A program made the position numbers and the translations under genes. The notes beneath the pieces are model-generated. The model made no database searches. It was not told the origin of the DNA and saw only the letters and a program-made list of their open reading frames with translations. A DNA stretch of 33,707 nt from an uncultured Sphingomonadaceae bacterium (lineage in GTDB: Bacteria; Pseudomonadota; Alphaproteobacteria; Sphingomonadales; Sphingomonadaceae): NCBI GenBank assembly GCA_964245955.1, contig CAXTPH010000001.1, positions 1 to 33,707 of the forward strand, in the 5' to 3' direction. Positions 1 to 10,225 of this stretch are shown one piece after another. Position 1 is the first letter of the stretch. Every line of letters begins with the position of its first letter.

Positions 1-252
1 ATCATACGCGTACTTGAACCCGGCCGGGGTCGTCACCGATCCGTCAGCGTGGTGGGTGCAGCCCTCCTGATCGCCGCTGAGGTTGAGCGGCTGGAGGACG
101 CCTTCGCAGAACTTCGCCCCTTCCTCGAGGATCGCCTGGACGACGTCGGGGGTGGCATCGGCAAAACCGGGCAGGTTCGAGTATTTCTCAAGGCCGACGA
201 CCGCGCTGAGGACGAACTGGGTGTCTTTGACCGGGGCACGATAGGCGGGCAT
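1..252 (-). CDS. Acyl-CoA dehydrogenase, N-terminal part (runs off the left edge)
   Basis: Not in the ORF track. Manual translation from ATG at 252 gives [65 protein letters not shown]...[12 protein letters not shown], a typical acyl-CoA dehydrogenase N-terminus. The start overlaps the stop of the MerR gene (TGATG). Confidence 0.9.
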   Translation of the reverse strand, partial: MPAYRAPVKDTQFVLSAVVGLEKYSNLPGFADATPDVVQAILEEGAKFCEGVLQPLNLSGDQEGCTHHADGSVTTPAGFKYAYD

Positions 253-695
253 CAGTTATGGGTCTCCGGGCCGGCGAGCTGCTCTTCGACCAGCGCACAA
301 AAGGATTGCAGTTCGTCGATCGTCGCGTCGATGTCGGCTTTTTGTTCGGCGAGCAGCGCGATGCGGTTACGGCACTTCTCGAGCGTGACCCGACGCTGCC
401 GCACCCGCCCGTCGCCGAGGTCGTACAGGTCGATCATCTCGCGGATCTCGGCGAGGCTAAAGCCGACGTTCTTCGCACGCAGGATCCACGCCAGCCGGTT
501 GCGGTCGCGGCGCGAATAGACCCGGTTCTGGCCGTTGCGCGTCGGCGCGATCAGCCCCTGGTCCTCATAGAAGCGGATCGCGCGCGGGGTGACGTTGAAG
601 CCGACGCTGAGCTCGGTGATGGTGAACGTCTCGGCCCCGCACGGCGGCAGCGGCATGGCGACATGGGCGAAGGCGGGCAGCAGTTCACTCGGCAT
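252..695 (-). CDS. MerR-family transcriptional regulator (LiuR-like)
   Basis: HTH motif [40 protein letters not shown] and [14 protein letters not shown]. Translationally coupled to the acyl-CoA dehydrogenase. Start chosen at ATG 695. Confidence 0.9.
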   Translation of the reverse strand: MPSELLPAFAHVAMPLPPCGAETFTITELSVGFNVTPRAIRFYEDQGLIAPTRNGQNRVYSRRDRNRLAWILRAKNVGFSLAEIREMIDLYDLGDGRVRQRRVTLEKCRNRIALLAEQKADIDATIDELQSFCALVEEQLAGPETHN

Positions 696-707
696 CCTGC
701 GGGTGTA

Positions 708-725
708 GTTGCCGTTAGCGTCAAC
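708..725. promoter_or_regulatory. Candidate LiuR-type operator (imperfect palindrome GTTGCCGTTAGCGTCAAC)
   Basis: Resembles the TTkACGT-N2-ACGTmAA LiuR box and lies 12 bp upstream of the regulator start. Confidence 0.6.
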
Positions 726-785
726 TGCAAGATGTCGGCCCCCGAGTTGCGCGCTGCGCCAGCCATCGCGCATAGACTTTCGACC

Positions 786-1925
786 ATGCCCACCGACGTT
801 GCCGCTCCAGCACCCCTGCCCGCCCGGATGTCAGATGTGCGGCAGGTTATTCCGGTCTGGTCGTGGGTCGTGCCGATCGCCGCATGGCTGCTGTTCGCGC
901 TAGTCGCGCCAACTGCGGCGGGAGGTTGGGGCATCGTGCCGCTTGGCTTGGTGCTGTTCGCGACGGTGTTCGCCGCGGTCCACCATGCCGAGGTCATCGC
1001 CCACCGGATCGGCGAGCCCTTCGGCACGCTCGTCCTTGCGCTGGCGGTGACGGTGATCGAGGTCGCGCTGATCGTCTCGATCATGCTGTCGTCGAAGGGC
1101 GCGGAGGCGAGCCTTGCCCGCGACACGGTGTTCGCTGCGGTCATGCTCGCGTGCAACGGCGTGCTCGGCATCTGCCTGCTGGTGGCGGGCATCCGCTTCG
1201 GCGAGCCGCTGTTCCGCGCCCGCGCCGCATCGTCGTATCTCGCAGTGCTCGCCGTCCTCGCGACCGCCGCGCTGGTGCTTCCCGAATTCACCCATTCATC
1301 GGCGGGGTCGACCTACACCGCGTCGCAGCTGGTCTTCGTCGCGGTCGTCGCGGTGGTCCTCTACGGTGTGTTCCTGTTCGTCCAGACCGTGCGCCACCGC
1401 GACTATTTCCTCCCCGTCGGCGCGGGCAACGTCCCGGCCGACGCGCACGCCGAGCCGCCGTCGACCGCTGCCACTGCGATCGCCGCGGTGCTGCTACTGG
1501 CGGCGCTCGCGGTCGTCGTCCTCCTCGCCAAGAAGCTGTCCCCCGAACTCGAAGCGGCGATGCGCGCGGCCGATGTCGCCCAGCACACCGCCGCGGTCGG
1601 CGTGATCGTCGCCGGGCTCGTCCTGCTGCCCGAAGCGGTGTCGGCAATCCGCGCGGCGCGGATCAACCGGCTGCAGACGAGCGTCAACCTCGCGCTCGGC
1701 TCGGCGCTGGCATCGATTGCGCTGACCATTCCTGCGGTCGCCGTGGTGGCGCTATGGACCGGCCAACCCCTTGAACTCGGGCTCGGCGATACCGGGCTGG
1801 TGTTTCTCGCGCTGACGTTCGTTGTAACGACGTTGACGCTCGGCAGCGGTCGGGCGACCGTCCTGCAGGGCGCGGTCCATCTCGCGATCCTAGCGCTGTT
1901 CCTGTTCCTGGTGGTCGTTCCTTAG
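786..1925 (+). CDS. Ca2+/H+ antiporter (CaCA family, ChaA/Y4hA-like)
   Basis: Many transmembrane segments. Motifs [44 protein letters not shown] and [23 protein letters not shown]. Start is ATG 786 or 828. Confidence 0.9.
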   Translation: MPTDVAAPAPLPARMSDVRQVIPVWSWVVPIAAWLLFALVAPTAAGGWGIVPLGLVLFATVFAAVHHAEVIAHRIGEPFGTLVLALAVTVIEVALIVSIMLSSKGAEASLARDTVFAAVMLACNGVLGICLLVAGIRFGEPLFRARAASSYLAVLAVLATAALVLPEFTHSSAGSTYTASQLVFVAVVAVVLYGVFLFVQTVRHRDYFLPVGAGNVPADAHAEPPSTAATAIAAVLLLAALAVVVLLAKKLSPELEAAMRAADVAQHTAAVGVIVAGLVLLPEAVSAIRAARINRLQTSVNLALGSALASIALTIPAVAVVALWTGQPLELGLGDTGLVFLALTFVVTTLTLGSGRATVLQGAVHLAILALFLFLVVVP

Positions 1926-2287
1926 ACGCGGGCGAGCGACGCATCCGCCGTCACCGCGCGGTAGAAGCACGTTGCTTCCCCGGTGTGACACGCTGGCCCG
2001 GCGGGGGTGACGCGGAGCCACACGGCGTCCTGGTCGCAATCGATCCGCAGCTCGACGACCGCCTGCGTGTTCCCCGACGTCGCGCCCTTGTGCCAGACCT
2101 CGGCGCGTGACCGGCTCCAGTAATGCGCCTCCCCCGTCGCCAGCGTCGCGGCGAGCGCGGTCGCGTTCATGTGCGCGACCATAAGCACGTCACCGGTCGC
2201 GGCGTCGGTTGTTACCGTCTGGATCAGCCCACGCTCGTCCCAGCGCGGGTCGAGAACGGTTCCGGTTTCGCGGGCAGCATCGCTCAA
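1922..2287 (-). CDS. hisI: Phosphoribosyl-AMP cyclohydrolase
   Basis: Motifs [23 protein letters not shown] and [15 protein letters not shown] start at 2287 follows an AGGAG RBS. Confidence 0.95.
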   Translation of the reverse strand: MSDAARETGTVLDPRWDERGLIQTVTTDAATGDVLMVAHMNATALAATLATGEAHYWSRSRAEVWHKGATSGNTQAVVELRIDCDQDAVWLRVTPAGPACHTGEATCFYRAVTADASLARV

Positions 2288-2384
2288 ATTCGGACTCCTG
2301 TGACAGGTCGGTGACAGCTTTGGGGGCGACACGCGGCGCTTCCGTCCCTATATGCGCCGCAAGCAGCCGCCCTGGGGAGTCCCG

Positions 2385-3848
2385 ATGGACGACTTTACAA
2401 CCGACCCGTTCGACGGCGACCATCTTCACGAGGAATGCGGGGTGATCGGCGTCTACGGCGCTGAGGGCGCAGCGGCGCTTTGCGCGCTGGGACTGCACGC
2501 GCTCCAGCATCGCGGCCAGGAAGCCGCCGGCATCACCAGCTTCGACGGCAAGGACTTCCATACCCACCGCGCGATGGGCCATGTCGCCGGTAATTTCGAC
2601 TCAGACGAGGTCATTGCCCGCCTCAAGGGGCAGATCGCGATCGGCCACAACCGCTACGCGACGACCGGCGAGACCGCGCTGCGCAACGTCCAGCCGCTGT
2701 TCGCCGAGCTTGCCAGCGGCGGGTTCGCCATCTGCCACAACGGCAACATCTCGAACGCGGTCAAGCTGCGCAAGGACCTCGTCCGCCGCGGCTCGATCTT
2801 CCAGTCGACCAGCGACACCGAGGTCATCATCCACCTCGTCGCGACGAGCACCTACCGCACCCTCCTCGACAAGTTCATCGATGCGCTGAAGCAGGTCGAG
2901 GGCGCATACAGCCTGCTCTGCCTGACCGGCGAGGGCATGATCGCGTGCCGCGACCCGCTCGGCGTTCGCCCGCTGGTGCTCGGACGGCTGAACGACAGCT
3001 ACATCCTCGCCTCGGAGACCGTTGCGCTCGACGTCGTCGGCGCGACCTTCCTCCGCTCGGTCGAACCCGGCGAGCTGATCGTCATCACCGCGCGCGGGCT
3101 GCGTTCGCTGCGCCCGTTCGGCGTCGTCCGGCCGCGCCCGTGCATCTTCGAGCACGTCTATTTCAGCCGCCCCGATTCGGTCGTCGACGGCCGCAGCGTC
3201 TACCAGGTGCGCAAGCAAATCGGCGTCGAGCTCGCGCGCGAATCGCCGGTTGAGGCCGACATGGTCGTTCCCGTTCCCGATTCAGGCACCCCCGCCGCGA
3301 TCGGCTTCGCGCAGGCCGCCGGCATCCCGTTCGAGCTCGGCATCATTCGCTCGCATTATGTCGGGCGGACCTTCATCCAGCCGGGCGACCAGATCCGCAA
3401 CCTCGGGGTCAAGCTCAAGCACAATGCCAACCGCGCGCTGATCGACGGCAAAAAGATTGTCCTGATCGACGACTCAATCGTCCGCGGCACGACGAGCCTC
3501 AAGATCGTCCAGATGCTCCGCGATGCCGGGGCCGAGGAGGTCCATATGCGGATCGCCTCGCCGCCGACGCGGCACAGCTGTTACTACGGCGTCGACACCC
3601 CCGAGCGGTCGAAGCTGCTTGCCGCCAACATGGATGTCGAGCGGATGCGCGAATACATCAAGGTCGACAGTCTCGCCTTCCTGTCGATCGACGGACTGTA
3701 CCGCGCATTGGGCGAGGACATGCGCGACGACGCCGCGCCGCAGCACTGCGACGCGTGCTTCACCGGCGACTACCCCACGCGCCTGACCGACCAGGAAGAC
3801 ATCGAGGTGCCCGACCAGCTGTCGATGCTCGCGGAGCGGATGATCTAA
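2385..3848 (+). CDS. purF: Amidophosphoribosyltransferase
   Basis: Propeptide followed by EECGVIG (Ntn Cys), LQHRGQE, VPVPDSG, PRT motif VLIDDSIVRGTTS, and CDACFTGDYP. Confidence 0.98.
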   Translation: MDDFTTDPFDGDHLHEECGVIGVYGAEGAAALCALGLHALQHRGQEAAGITSFDGKDFHTHRAMGHVAGNFDSDEVIARLKGQIAIGHNRYATTGETALRNVQPLFAELASGGFAICHNGNISNAVKLRKDLVRRGSIFQSTSDTEVIIHLVATSTYRTLLDKFIDALKQVEGAYSLLCLTGEGMIACRDPLGVRPLVLGRLNDSYILASETVALDVVGATFLRSVEPGELIVITARGLRSLRPFGVVRPRPCIFEHVYFSRPDSVVDGRSVYQVRKQIGVELARESPVEADMVVPVPDSGTPAAIGFAQAAGIPFELGIIRSHYVGRTFIQPGDQIRNLGVKLKHNANRALIDGKKIVLIDDSIVRGTTSLKIVQMLRDAGAEEVHMRIASPPTRHSCYYGVDTPERSKLLAANMDVERMREYIKVDSLAFLSIDGLYRALGEDMRDDAAPQHCDACFTGDYPTRLTDQEDIEVPDQLSMLAERMI

Positions 3849-3873
3849 GACTGAAGGCACCATTGTAATTGGC

Positions 3874-3998
3874 CGTCATCCCCGCGAATGCGGGAACCCA
3901 TATTCCAGAAGCCGACCGGCGTTGCATTCAGCCGTTCGACCGCCTCCCTCGCCGACCAGCGGCTGGGATTATGGGTCCCCGCCTACGCGGGGATGACG
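3874..3998. repeat. CGTC-type REP inverted doublet, copy 1 (125 bp)
   Basis: CGTCATCCCCGCGAATGCGGGAACCCA...TGGGTCCCCGCCTACGCGGGGATGACG. A second copy is at 12412. Confidence 0.9.
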
Positions 3999-4018
3999 TT
4001 TTTGGATTGGACGACCCC

Positions 4019-4717
4019 ATGACCCTCACCGGCAAACTCGCCCTCGTCACCGGCGCGTCGCGCGGCATCGGCGCTGCTACGGCAGAGGCGCTTGCCGCCG
4101 CCGGGGCGCACGTCGTCCTGACCGCGCGGACCGAGGCCGGGCTGATCGAGGTCGACGACCGGATCGCCGCGGCGGGCGGCACGGCGACGATCGCGCCGTT
4201 CGATCTGAGCGATGGCGACGCGATCGACCGGCTCGCGGCGGCGCTTCACGCGCGCTGGGGCAAGCTCGACCTGCTAATCCTCAACGCCGCCACGCTCGGC
4301 ACGCTGACCCCGGTGCCGCATATCGATCCGGTCGAGTTTGCGCGCGTCGTCGCGCTCAACCTGACCGCGAACTGGCGGATGATCCGCGCCTTCGATCCGC
4401 TGCTCAGGGCGAGCGATGCCGGGCGGCTGGTGACACTGACCTCGTCGGTGGCGACAACCCCGCGCGCATATTGGGGCACCTATGCCGCGACCAAGGCGGC
4501 GCTCGACAACCTCGTCCTCACCTATGGCGAGGAGGTCAGGAACACGAGCGCGGTTCGCGTCGCAATCCTCGATCCGGGCGCGACCGCGACGACGATGCGC
4601 GCCCGCGCGTTTCCCGGCGAAGATGCGGCGACGCTCAAGGGGCCGGGGGCGGTGGCCGAGACGATCGTCGATCTGCTCACGGCCGATTTCGCCACGGGCA
4701 GCCGCCACCGCGCCTGA
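4019..4717 (+). CDS. Short-chain dehydrogenase/reductase (YciK-like)
   Basis: TGASRGIG Rossmann motif, YAATK catalytic motif and DPGATATTMRARAFPGED. Confidence 0.92.
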   Translation: MTLTGKLALVTGASRGIGAATAEALAAAGAHVVLTARTEAGLIEVDDRIAAAGGTATIAPFDLSDGDAIDRLAAALHARWGKLDLLILNAATLGTLTPVPHIDPVEFARVVALNLTANWRMIRAFDPLLRASDAGRLVTLTSSVATTPRAYWGTYAATKAALDNLVLTYGEEVRNTSAVRVAILDPGATATTMRARAFPGEDAATLKGPGAVAETIVDLLTADFATGSRHRA

Positions 4718-4726
4718 GCCGAACGG

Positions 4727-5272
4727 TTAAGCCGCGAGCCTGCCGCGCTTGGCCTTGGTCAGCTTCTTGACGATCATGTCGCGCTTGAGCTTCGACAGAT
4801 GGTCGAAGAACAGCACGCCCTCGAGGTGATCCATCTCGTGCTGGAGGCACGTCGCCATCAGCCCGTCGAGTTCCTCCTCGTGCGCGACCCCGTCGTAATC
4901 GAGCCACTTCACGCGGACCCGCAGCGGGCGCTCGACGTCGCCGTAAAGCTCGGGGACCGACAGGCAGCCTTCGTTGTAGACGCCGATCTCGTCGGATTCC
5001 CAGACGATCTCCGGATTGACGAAGCAGCGCGGATCGCGGACCTCGACCTTCTCCTCGCCTTCCTCGACCTCGACCTGGCGCTGCAGGTCGATCACCAGCA
5101 CCCGCTTCGGCACCCCGACCTGGATCGCCGCGAGGCCGATGCCCGGGGCGTCGTACATCGTCGCGAGCATGTCATCCATCAACGCGCGCAGGGCGTCATC
5201 GACCACGGCAACAGGTTCGGACACGACACGAAGGCGCGGGTCGGGAGCTTCAATGATCGGCATTATGGTCAT
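4727..5272 (-). CDS. def: Peptide deformylase
   Basis: All three motifs present: [13 protein letters not shown] and QHEMDHLEG. Confidence 0.98.
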   Translation of the reverse strand: MTIMPIIEAPDPRLRVVSEPVAVVDDALRALMDDMLATMYDAPGIGLAAIQVGVPKRVLVIDLQRQVEVEEGEEKVEVRDPRCFVNPEIVWESDEIGVYNEGCLSVPELYGDVERPLRVRVKWLDYDGVAHEEELDGLMATCLQHEMDHLEGVLFFDHLSKLKRDMIVKKLTKAKRGRLAA

Positions 5273-5303
5273 GGAGTTGAGATAAGGTCGGACCAGCGGA
5301 CGG

Positions 5304-5900
5304 TCAAGAAACCGGCTTCCGCGCGCGCAGCGCCTGCGCCAGCGTCCCCTCGTCGAGATAGTCGAGCTCGCCGCCGACCGGCATGCCGTGCGCAAGCTGG
5401 GTGACGCGCACCGGCAGCGTCGCCAGCCGGTCGGCGATGAAGTGCATCGTCGTCTGTCCTTCGAGCGTGACGTTCATCGCCAGCACGACCTCGTCGATGC
5501 CGCCGTCCGCGACCCGCGTCACAAGCGCGTCGATGCTCAGGTCCTCGGGCCGTACCCCGTCGAGCGCCGACAGCCTCCCGCCGAGGACATGGTAGCGCCC
5601 CGGAAACAGCCGCGCGCGGTCGAGCGCCCAAAGATCGGCGACCTCTTCCACAACGCACAGGCTGGCGGCGTCGCGGCGCGGGTCGGTGCAGACCGCGCAC
5701 GGATCCTGCGTATCGACATTGCCGCAGACCGAGCAGGTCGCCAGCCGCGCCTCGACCGTCCGCAGTGCGGCGATCAGCGGGACGAGCGCGGTTTCGCGAC
5801 GCTTGAGGAGATGCAGCACCGCACGCCGCGCCGACCTCGGCCCCAACCCCGGCAGGCGGGCAAGCGCCTGGGTCAACGCGTCGATTTCGGGAGCGGCCAT
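5304..5900 (-). CDS. recR: Recombination mediator RecR
   Basis: Hh[13 protein letters not shown]4 zinc finger CSVC..CAVC, Toprim CVVEEVAD and [12 protein letters not shown]. Start is 5900 or 5906. Confidence 0.97.
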   Translation of the reverse strand: MAAPEIDALTQALARLPGLGPRSARRAVLHLLKRRETALVPLIAALRTVEARLATCSVCGNVDTQDPCAVCTDPRRDAASLCVVEEVADLWALDRARLFPGRYHVLGGRLSALDGVRPEDLSIDALVTRVADGGIDEVVLAMNVTLEGQTTMHFIADRLATLPVRVTQLAHGMPVGGELDYLDEGTLAQALRARKPVS

Positions 5901-5973
5901 CGCCATTGATATGGCGGGCGCTGGCGGGTCCGGCAACTCTCGACGCGCCCGCGCGGGTCGTTACGGTAGCATC

Positions 5974-6987
5974 ATGCCGCTCCGCTGCCTCGACCACGCC
6001 GGCCAGAGCCTCGATGCAGTCGCAATGGCGCCGTCCGACTGGACCACGCTGACCGTCGTCAACCGGCGCGATCGGCACCTGAGGATGCACTGCTGCGGCG
6101 CCCCGGTGGTACTCAAGACCTCGCGGCTCGGCACGCGCTTCTTCGCCCATCACGCGCTCGGCGGCTGCGCCTCGGGCGACGAGTCGCCCGAACATCTCTA
6201 CCTCAAGGCGCTCGCGATCGCTGCCGCGCGCGCCGCCGGCTGGACCGCCGAAGCCGAGGTGTCGGGAACGACGCCGAGTGGCGCGCCGTGGCGCGCCGAT
6301 GTGCTGGCGACGCGCGGCCGCCACCGCGTCGCGGTCGAGGTGCAATGGTCGGGCCAGGCCGATGACGAAACTGTGCGGCGGCAGGCACGCTACGCCGCGA
6401 GCGGCGTTCGCGCGCTGTGGCTGTTCCGCCGGCCGGGCTTCGCGGTCGATCCCGACGTGCCGGCGGTCCGGGTGCGCGGGACGCTCGCGGCGGGGTTGAC
6501 GGTGCTCGGTCTGCCGGCGGCGGACTTTCTCGCGGCGGTGTTCGACCGGCGGCTGCGGTTCGGCATCGCCGCCGGAGCGAGTGCCAGCCTGACCGTCGAC
6601 GGTGCGATCGCGACCTGCTGGGGCAACGACTGCGGCGCGCTGACCCGCGTCGTCACCGGACTCGCCGTCGTCAGTGGCGGATCGTCGTGCCGGGTCGCCC
6701 TCGGCGCGCTCGGCACGCATCCGCCCGTCATCGCCGCGCTCTCCCGCCTGCTGCCCGCCGATCCGCTGCGCGGGCGGGTCCGCGTCCGCCGCGCGACCGG
6801 TGCCGCCGTCACCGGCTGCTTTCGTTGCGACCGCCCGGTCGAGGCGGCGGCGCGGGCGAGCCGGACGACGTTGGTATCGGTGGCGCTGACCGTCACCCCC
6901 GACTGGGCGGCGATGATCGCCGCGCAGCCGGGCTACGCGCCGGTGTGGAGCGTCGTGCCGGTTGCGCCCCGCACCGCCATCCCCTAG
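5974..6987 (+). CDS. CoiA-like protein (zinc finger plus PD-(D/E)XK-type nuclease)
   Basis: N-terminal CCGAPVVLK..FFAH...C...ESPEH, nuclease-like WRADV...AVEVQWS...RQARY, and C-terminal CWGNDC/CFRC pairs. Confidence 0.75.
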   Translation: MPLRCLDHAGQSLDAVAMAPSDWTTLTVVNRRDRHLRMHCCGAPVVLKTSRLGTRFFAHHALGGCASGDESPEHLYLKALAIAAARAAGWTAEAEVSGTTPSGAPWRADVLATRGRHRVAVEVQWSGQADDETVRRQARYAASGVRALWLFRRPGFAVDPDVPAVRVRGTLAAGLTVLGLPAADFLAAVFDRRLRFGIAAGASASLTVDGAIATCWGNDCGALTRVVTGLAVVSGGSSCRVALGALGTHPPVIAALSRLLPADPLRGRVRVRRATGAAVTGCFRCDRPVEAAARASRTTLVSVALTVTPDWAAMIAAQPGYAPVWSVVPVAPRTAIP

Positions 6988-6996
6988 CCCGCGCGG

Positions 6997-7899
6997 ATGC
7001 GGATCGCCTTCATGGGAACCCCGGCGTTTGCCGTGCCCGCGCTCGACGCGCTCGTCGCGGCGGGGCACGCCGTCGCCGCGGTCTATACCCAGCCGCCGCG
7101 CCCGGCGCAGCGCGGCAAGGCGCTAACGCGCTCGCCGGTCCACCTCCGCGCCGAGGCGCTCGGCATCGAGGTCCGGACCCCGGTCAACTTCAGGGACGAC
7201 GCCGACCGCGCCGCCTTTGCCGCGCTCGACCTCGATGTCGCGGTCGTAGCCGCTTACGGGCTGATCCTGCCGCAGGCGATCCTCGACGCGCCGCGCCGCG
7301 GGTGCCTCAACATCCACGCCTCGCTGCTGCCGCGATGGCGCGGAGCCGCGCCGATCCAGCGGGCGATCCTCGCCGGCGACGACGCGACCGGGGTGACAAT
7401 CATGGGGATGGAGCGCGGGCTCGACACCGGGCCGATGCTGCTCGTCGAGGCGACACCGGTCGGGCGCAAGACCGCGGGCGAGCTGACCACCGAGCTTGCG
7501 GTCATCGGCGCACGGCTCGTCGTCGATGCGCTCGCCCGGCTCGATGCGCTGCCCGCGGTCGTTCAGCCCGACGGCGCGACCTATGCCGCCAAGGTCGACA
7601 AGGCCGAGGCGCGGCTGGATCTGTCGCGGCCGGCCGTCGAGGTCGAGCGCGCGATCCGGGCGTTCAACCCCTTCCCCGGCGCGTTCGTCGAGATCGCGTC
7701 CGAACGCCTCAAGCTGCTCGCCGCCGATGTTGTTGCGGGTGACGGCATGCCGGGCACTGTGCTCGACGACGCACTGACCATCGCCTGCGGCACCGGCGCG
7801 ATCCGCCCCACCCTCGTCCAGCGCGCGGGCAAGCCGGCGATGGCGGCAGCGGCGCTGCTCAACGGCTGGCCGATCGCCGCCGGCACCCGGCTCGGATGA
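6997..7899 (+). CDS. fmt: Methionyl-tRNA formyltransferase
   Basis: [40 protein letters not shown] and GLDTGPM. Confidence 0.98.
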   Translation: MRIAFMGTPAFAVPALDALVAAGHAVAAVYTQPPRPAQRGKALTRSPVHLRAEALGIEVRTPVNFRDDADRAAFAALDLDVAVVAAYGLILPQAILDAPRRGCLNIHASLLPRWRGAAPIQRAILAGDDATGVTIMGMERGLDTGPMLLVEATPVGRKTAGELTTELAVIGARLVVDALARLDALPAVVQPDGATYAAKVDKAEARLDLSRPAVEVERAIRAFNPFPGAFVEIASERLKLLAADVVAGDGMPGTVLDDALTIACGTGAIRPTLVQRAGKPAMAAAALLNGWPIAAGTRLG

Positions 7900-8666
7900 C
7901 GCGGTTCCGGCTGACCGTCGAGTATGACGGCGCGCCGTTCATGGGCTGGCAGCGGCAGCACCACGGACCGAGCGTCCAGGGCGCGATCGAAGCGGCGGTC
8001 CTCGCGACCACCGGCGTGACCGTCGTCGTCACCGGCTGCGGCCGGACCGACGCCGGGGTTCATGCCGCGGGCCAGGTCGCGCACGTCGACATCGACCGGC
8101 CGATCGAGGCGTTCCGGCTGATGGAGGCGGTCAACGCCCATCTGCGTCCCCTGCCCGTCGCCATCGTCGGCTGCGTCGTCGCCGACCCGGGGTTCCACGC
8201 GCGCTTCGACTGCATCGGGCGGTCGTACCGTTACCGCATCGTCAATCGCCGTGCGCCGCTGGTTCTCGACCGCGGGCGGGCGTGGCAGGTCGCGGTGCCG
8301 CTCGACGCGGCGGCGATGCACGACGCGGCGCAGCTGCTGGTCGGACGGCACGACTTCACCACCTTCCGCTCGGTCCGCTGTCAGGCGCGGTCGCCGGTCA
8401 AGACGCTCGACCGGCTCGACGTCGCGCGGGACGGCGCGGTGATCACGGTGGACGCGGCGGCCCGGTCGTTCCTCCATCATCAGGTGCGATCGATGGTCGG
8501 CTGCCTCCGCCTCGTCGGCGAGGGCCGCTGGTCGGCGGCGGACCTCGCGACGGCGCTGGCGGCGCGCGACCGGCTGGCGCTCGGCGTCAACGCGCCGCCC
8601 GATGGCTTGACCTTTGTTGTCGCGACGTACGCGAAAGTGTCGGCTGGGTTTACAATCGAAAGTTAG
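7896..8666 (+). CDS. truA: tRNA pseudouridine(38-40) synthase
   Basis: [24 protein letters not shown] and [15 protein letters not shown] overlap with fmt. Confidence 0.97.
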   Translation: MTRFRLTVEYDGAPFMGWQRQHHGPSVQGAIEAAVLATTGVTVVVTGCGRTDAGVHAAGQVAHVDIDRPIEAFRLMEAVNAHLRPLPVAIVGCVVADPGFHARFDCIGRSYRYRIVNRRAPLVLDRGRAWQVAVPLDAAAMHDAAQLLVGRHDFTTFRSVRCQARSPVKTLDRLDVARDGAVITVDAAARSFLHHQVRSMVGCLRLVGEGRWSAADLATALAARDRLALGVNAPPDGLTFVVATYAKVSAGFTIES

Positions 8667-8782
8667 TCAAGAATACCGTTCGCGCGATTTCAATTGCTTA
8701 TAATTTGTCACGTGCTTGGCACGACCCTTGCTGAATAGTTTCCAAACGAGCTGGCGACGTCGGCGCCTTTGGAGACGATCTG

Positions 8783-8923
8783 TTGCGCCTGCGACCCATA
8801 CGCGGCCTGGGCCGGAACAACCTGATCTGGCTGATCGGCATCGCGGCGGGCGTCCTCGCTGGGGGGATCGTCGCCTATACGATCGCGAGCGGCAGCCAAG
8901 TCACGGCCGCCAGCGCACGTTGA
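8783..8923 (+). CDS. Putative 46-aa single-pass membrane protein (below the ORF-track cutoff)
   Basis: TTG start after GGAGA. Translation MRLRPIRGLGRNNLIWLIGIAAGVLAGGIVAYTIASGSQVTAASAR has a basic N-terminus and a hydrophobic helix. It fills the truA-oxygenase gap behind an AT-rich stretch. Confidence 0.6.
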   Translation: MRLRPIRGLGRNNLIWLIGIAAGVLAGGIVAYTIASGSQVTAASAR

Positions 8924-8927
8924 CCGC

Positions 8928-9833
8928 CTAGATCAGGCCGATCTCGCGCAGGCGCTGGCGGAGGTAGGCGTCGGCGGTGATTGGCTCGCCGCCGCCCGAC
9001 AGCGGCACGATCAGATAGTCCGGCCGGAAGTGCAGGAAGAACGGCGTCGAATAGCGCGCGACCGATGCCCGCTCGGGGGCCGGGTTGACCACGCGGTGCG
9101 TCGTCGACGGCAGCGCCCCGCCCGTCAGCCGCTGGAGCATGTCGCCGATGTTGCACACGAGCGTGCCGGCGGGAGCCTCGATGTCGCGCCAGACGCCGTC
9201 GCGGTCGAGCAGCTGCAGCCCCGCCTCCTCGGCGCCGAGCAGGAGCGTGATGACGTTGATGTCCTCGTGCGCCCCCGCCCGGACCGCCGCCGGGGTGCCG
9301 GTCACCGGCGGGTAGTGGAGCAGCCGCAGGATCGAATTGCCGTCGCGGGTTGGCCCCTCGAAGAAGTCCGCCGCGAGCCCGAGGTGGAGCGCGAGCGCCC
9401 GGAGCACCCGCCCGCCGGCCGCATCGAGTGCGGCGAACAGCGCGGCGACCGCGGGGCGGAAGTCGGGCACCTCGTCGGGCCAGACGTTGTCGGGCATCGT
9501 CGCGCGCAAGGGACTGCCGGCGGGCAGGTCGCGCCCCATGTGCCAGAATTCCTTGAGGTCGGAGACGCTCGCGCCCTTGGCGACCTCGATGCCGAACGGG
9601 GTCAGCCCGCGCTGCCCGCCGCCGCCGGGGATGTGGTAGCGGCGCTTGACCGCCTCGGGCAGCGCGAAGAACGCCTTGGTCGCGGCGAGCGCGCGGTCGA
9701 TCAGCGTAGCGTCGATGCCGTGGTCGGACACCACCGCGAAGCCGGTCCGCCCGAAGGCGTCACCGAACGCGACTGCCGCCGCCGCCGGGTCCTCGTCGAC
9801 GAGGGTCAGCGGGATCGGCTTGATGTCGGCCAT
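8928..9833 (-). CDS. 2-oxoglutarate/Fe(II) oxygenase, isopenicillin N synthase family
   Basis: DLKE, LRLLHYPP, HxD motif (AHEDIN), distal H (STTHRV) and RYS. Start is ATG 9833 or GTG 9851. Confidence 0.93.
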   Translation of the reverse strand: MADIKPIPLTLVDEDPAAAAVAFGDAFGRTGFAVVSDHGIDATLIDRALAATKAFFALPEAVKRRYHIPGGGGQRGLTPFGIEVAKGASVSDLKEFWHMGRDLPAGSPLRATMPDNVWPDEVPDFRPAVAALFAALDAAGGRVLRALALHLGLAADFFEGPTRDGNSILRLLHYPPVTGTPAAVRAGAHEDINVITLLLGAEEAGLQLLDRDGVWRDIEAPAGTLVCNIGDMLQRLTGGALPSTTHRVVNPAPERASVARYSTPFFLHFRPDYLIVPLSGGGEPITADAYLRQRLREIGLI

Positions 9834-9872
9834 GGTCTTGGCTGGGGTCACGGCGGTGTTCCTGTCGGGCGG

Positions 9873-9946
9873 TAGCGGGAGAGGGACTTGAACCCCCGAC
9901 CCCAGGATTATGATTCCCGTGCTCTAACCAGCTGAGCTACCCCGCC
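9873..9946 (-). tRNA. tRNA-Met(CAT), elongator type
   Basis: GGCGGGGTAGCTCAGCTGGTTAGAGCACGGGAATCATAATCCTGGGGTCGGGGGTTCAAGTCCCTCTCCCGCTA forms a full cloverleaf with anticodon CAT. It is followed by CCG rather than CCA. Confidence 0.95.
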
Positions 9947-9979
9947 ATGGGCCCGACCCCGCCGTCAACGGGAGGCGGC

Positions 9980-10009
9980 GATATAGTCGCGGTCGCCCCC
10001 GCCGGTCAA
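9980..10009 (-). promoter_or_regulatory. Sigma70-type promoter of tRNA-Met
   Basis: Minus strand reads TTGACC-N17-CTATATC, matching the alphaproteobacterial housekeeping consensus, about 35 bp upstream of the tRNA. Confidence 0.7.
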
Positions 10010-10030
10010 TGCCGGGTGCCGGGGTCCGAA

Positions 10031-10045
10031 GTTCAAAATATGTTC
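10031..10045. promoter_or_regulatory. Candidate alphaproteobacterial LexA (SOS) box
   Basis: GTTC-AAAATAT-GTTC is an exact GTTC-N7-GTTC match with an AT-rich spacer, in an intergenic region. Confidence 0.65.
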
Positions 10046-10225
10046 ACACAGACGCCGGTGTTTTTTCATGTCGCCCTCGCTGCGAGACACGCGACAGGGC
10101 ACCGATGAGAAAGAACGCGTGCCGCCCGGTGGCGACTGGGAAAGGCTAGCCCAGATCGCAGCCTGTAGGACAGCGAATTATGCCGCCGATTGCTGCGACC
10201 GGGCGGAGCCGCTACCACCCCGGCG

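Noticed and set aside
258-785. Long N-terminal extension of the antiporter ORF
   Set aside because: It lies antisense to the MerR gene and is an open-frame artefact of high GC.
3869-4018. 50-aa N-terminal extension of the SDR (VIPANAGTH...GPRLRGDD)
   Set aside because: It is the translation of the REP doublet. The SDR fold starts at ATG 4019.
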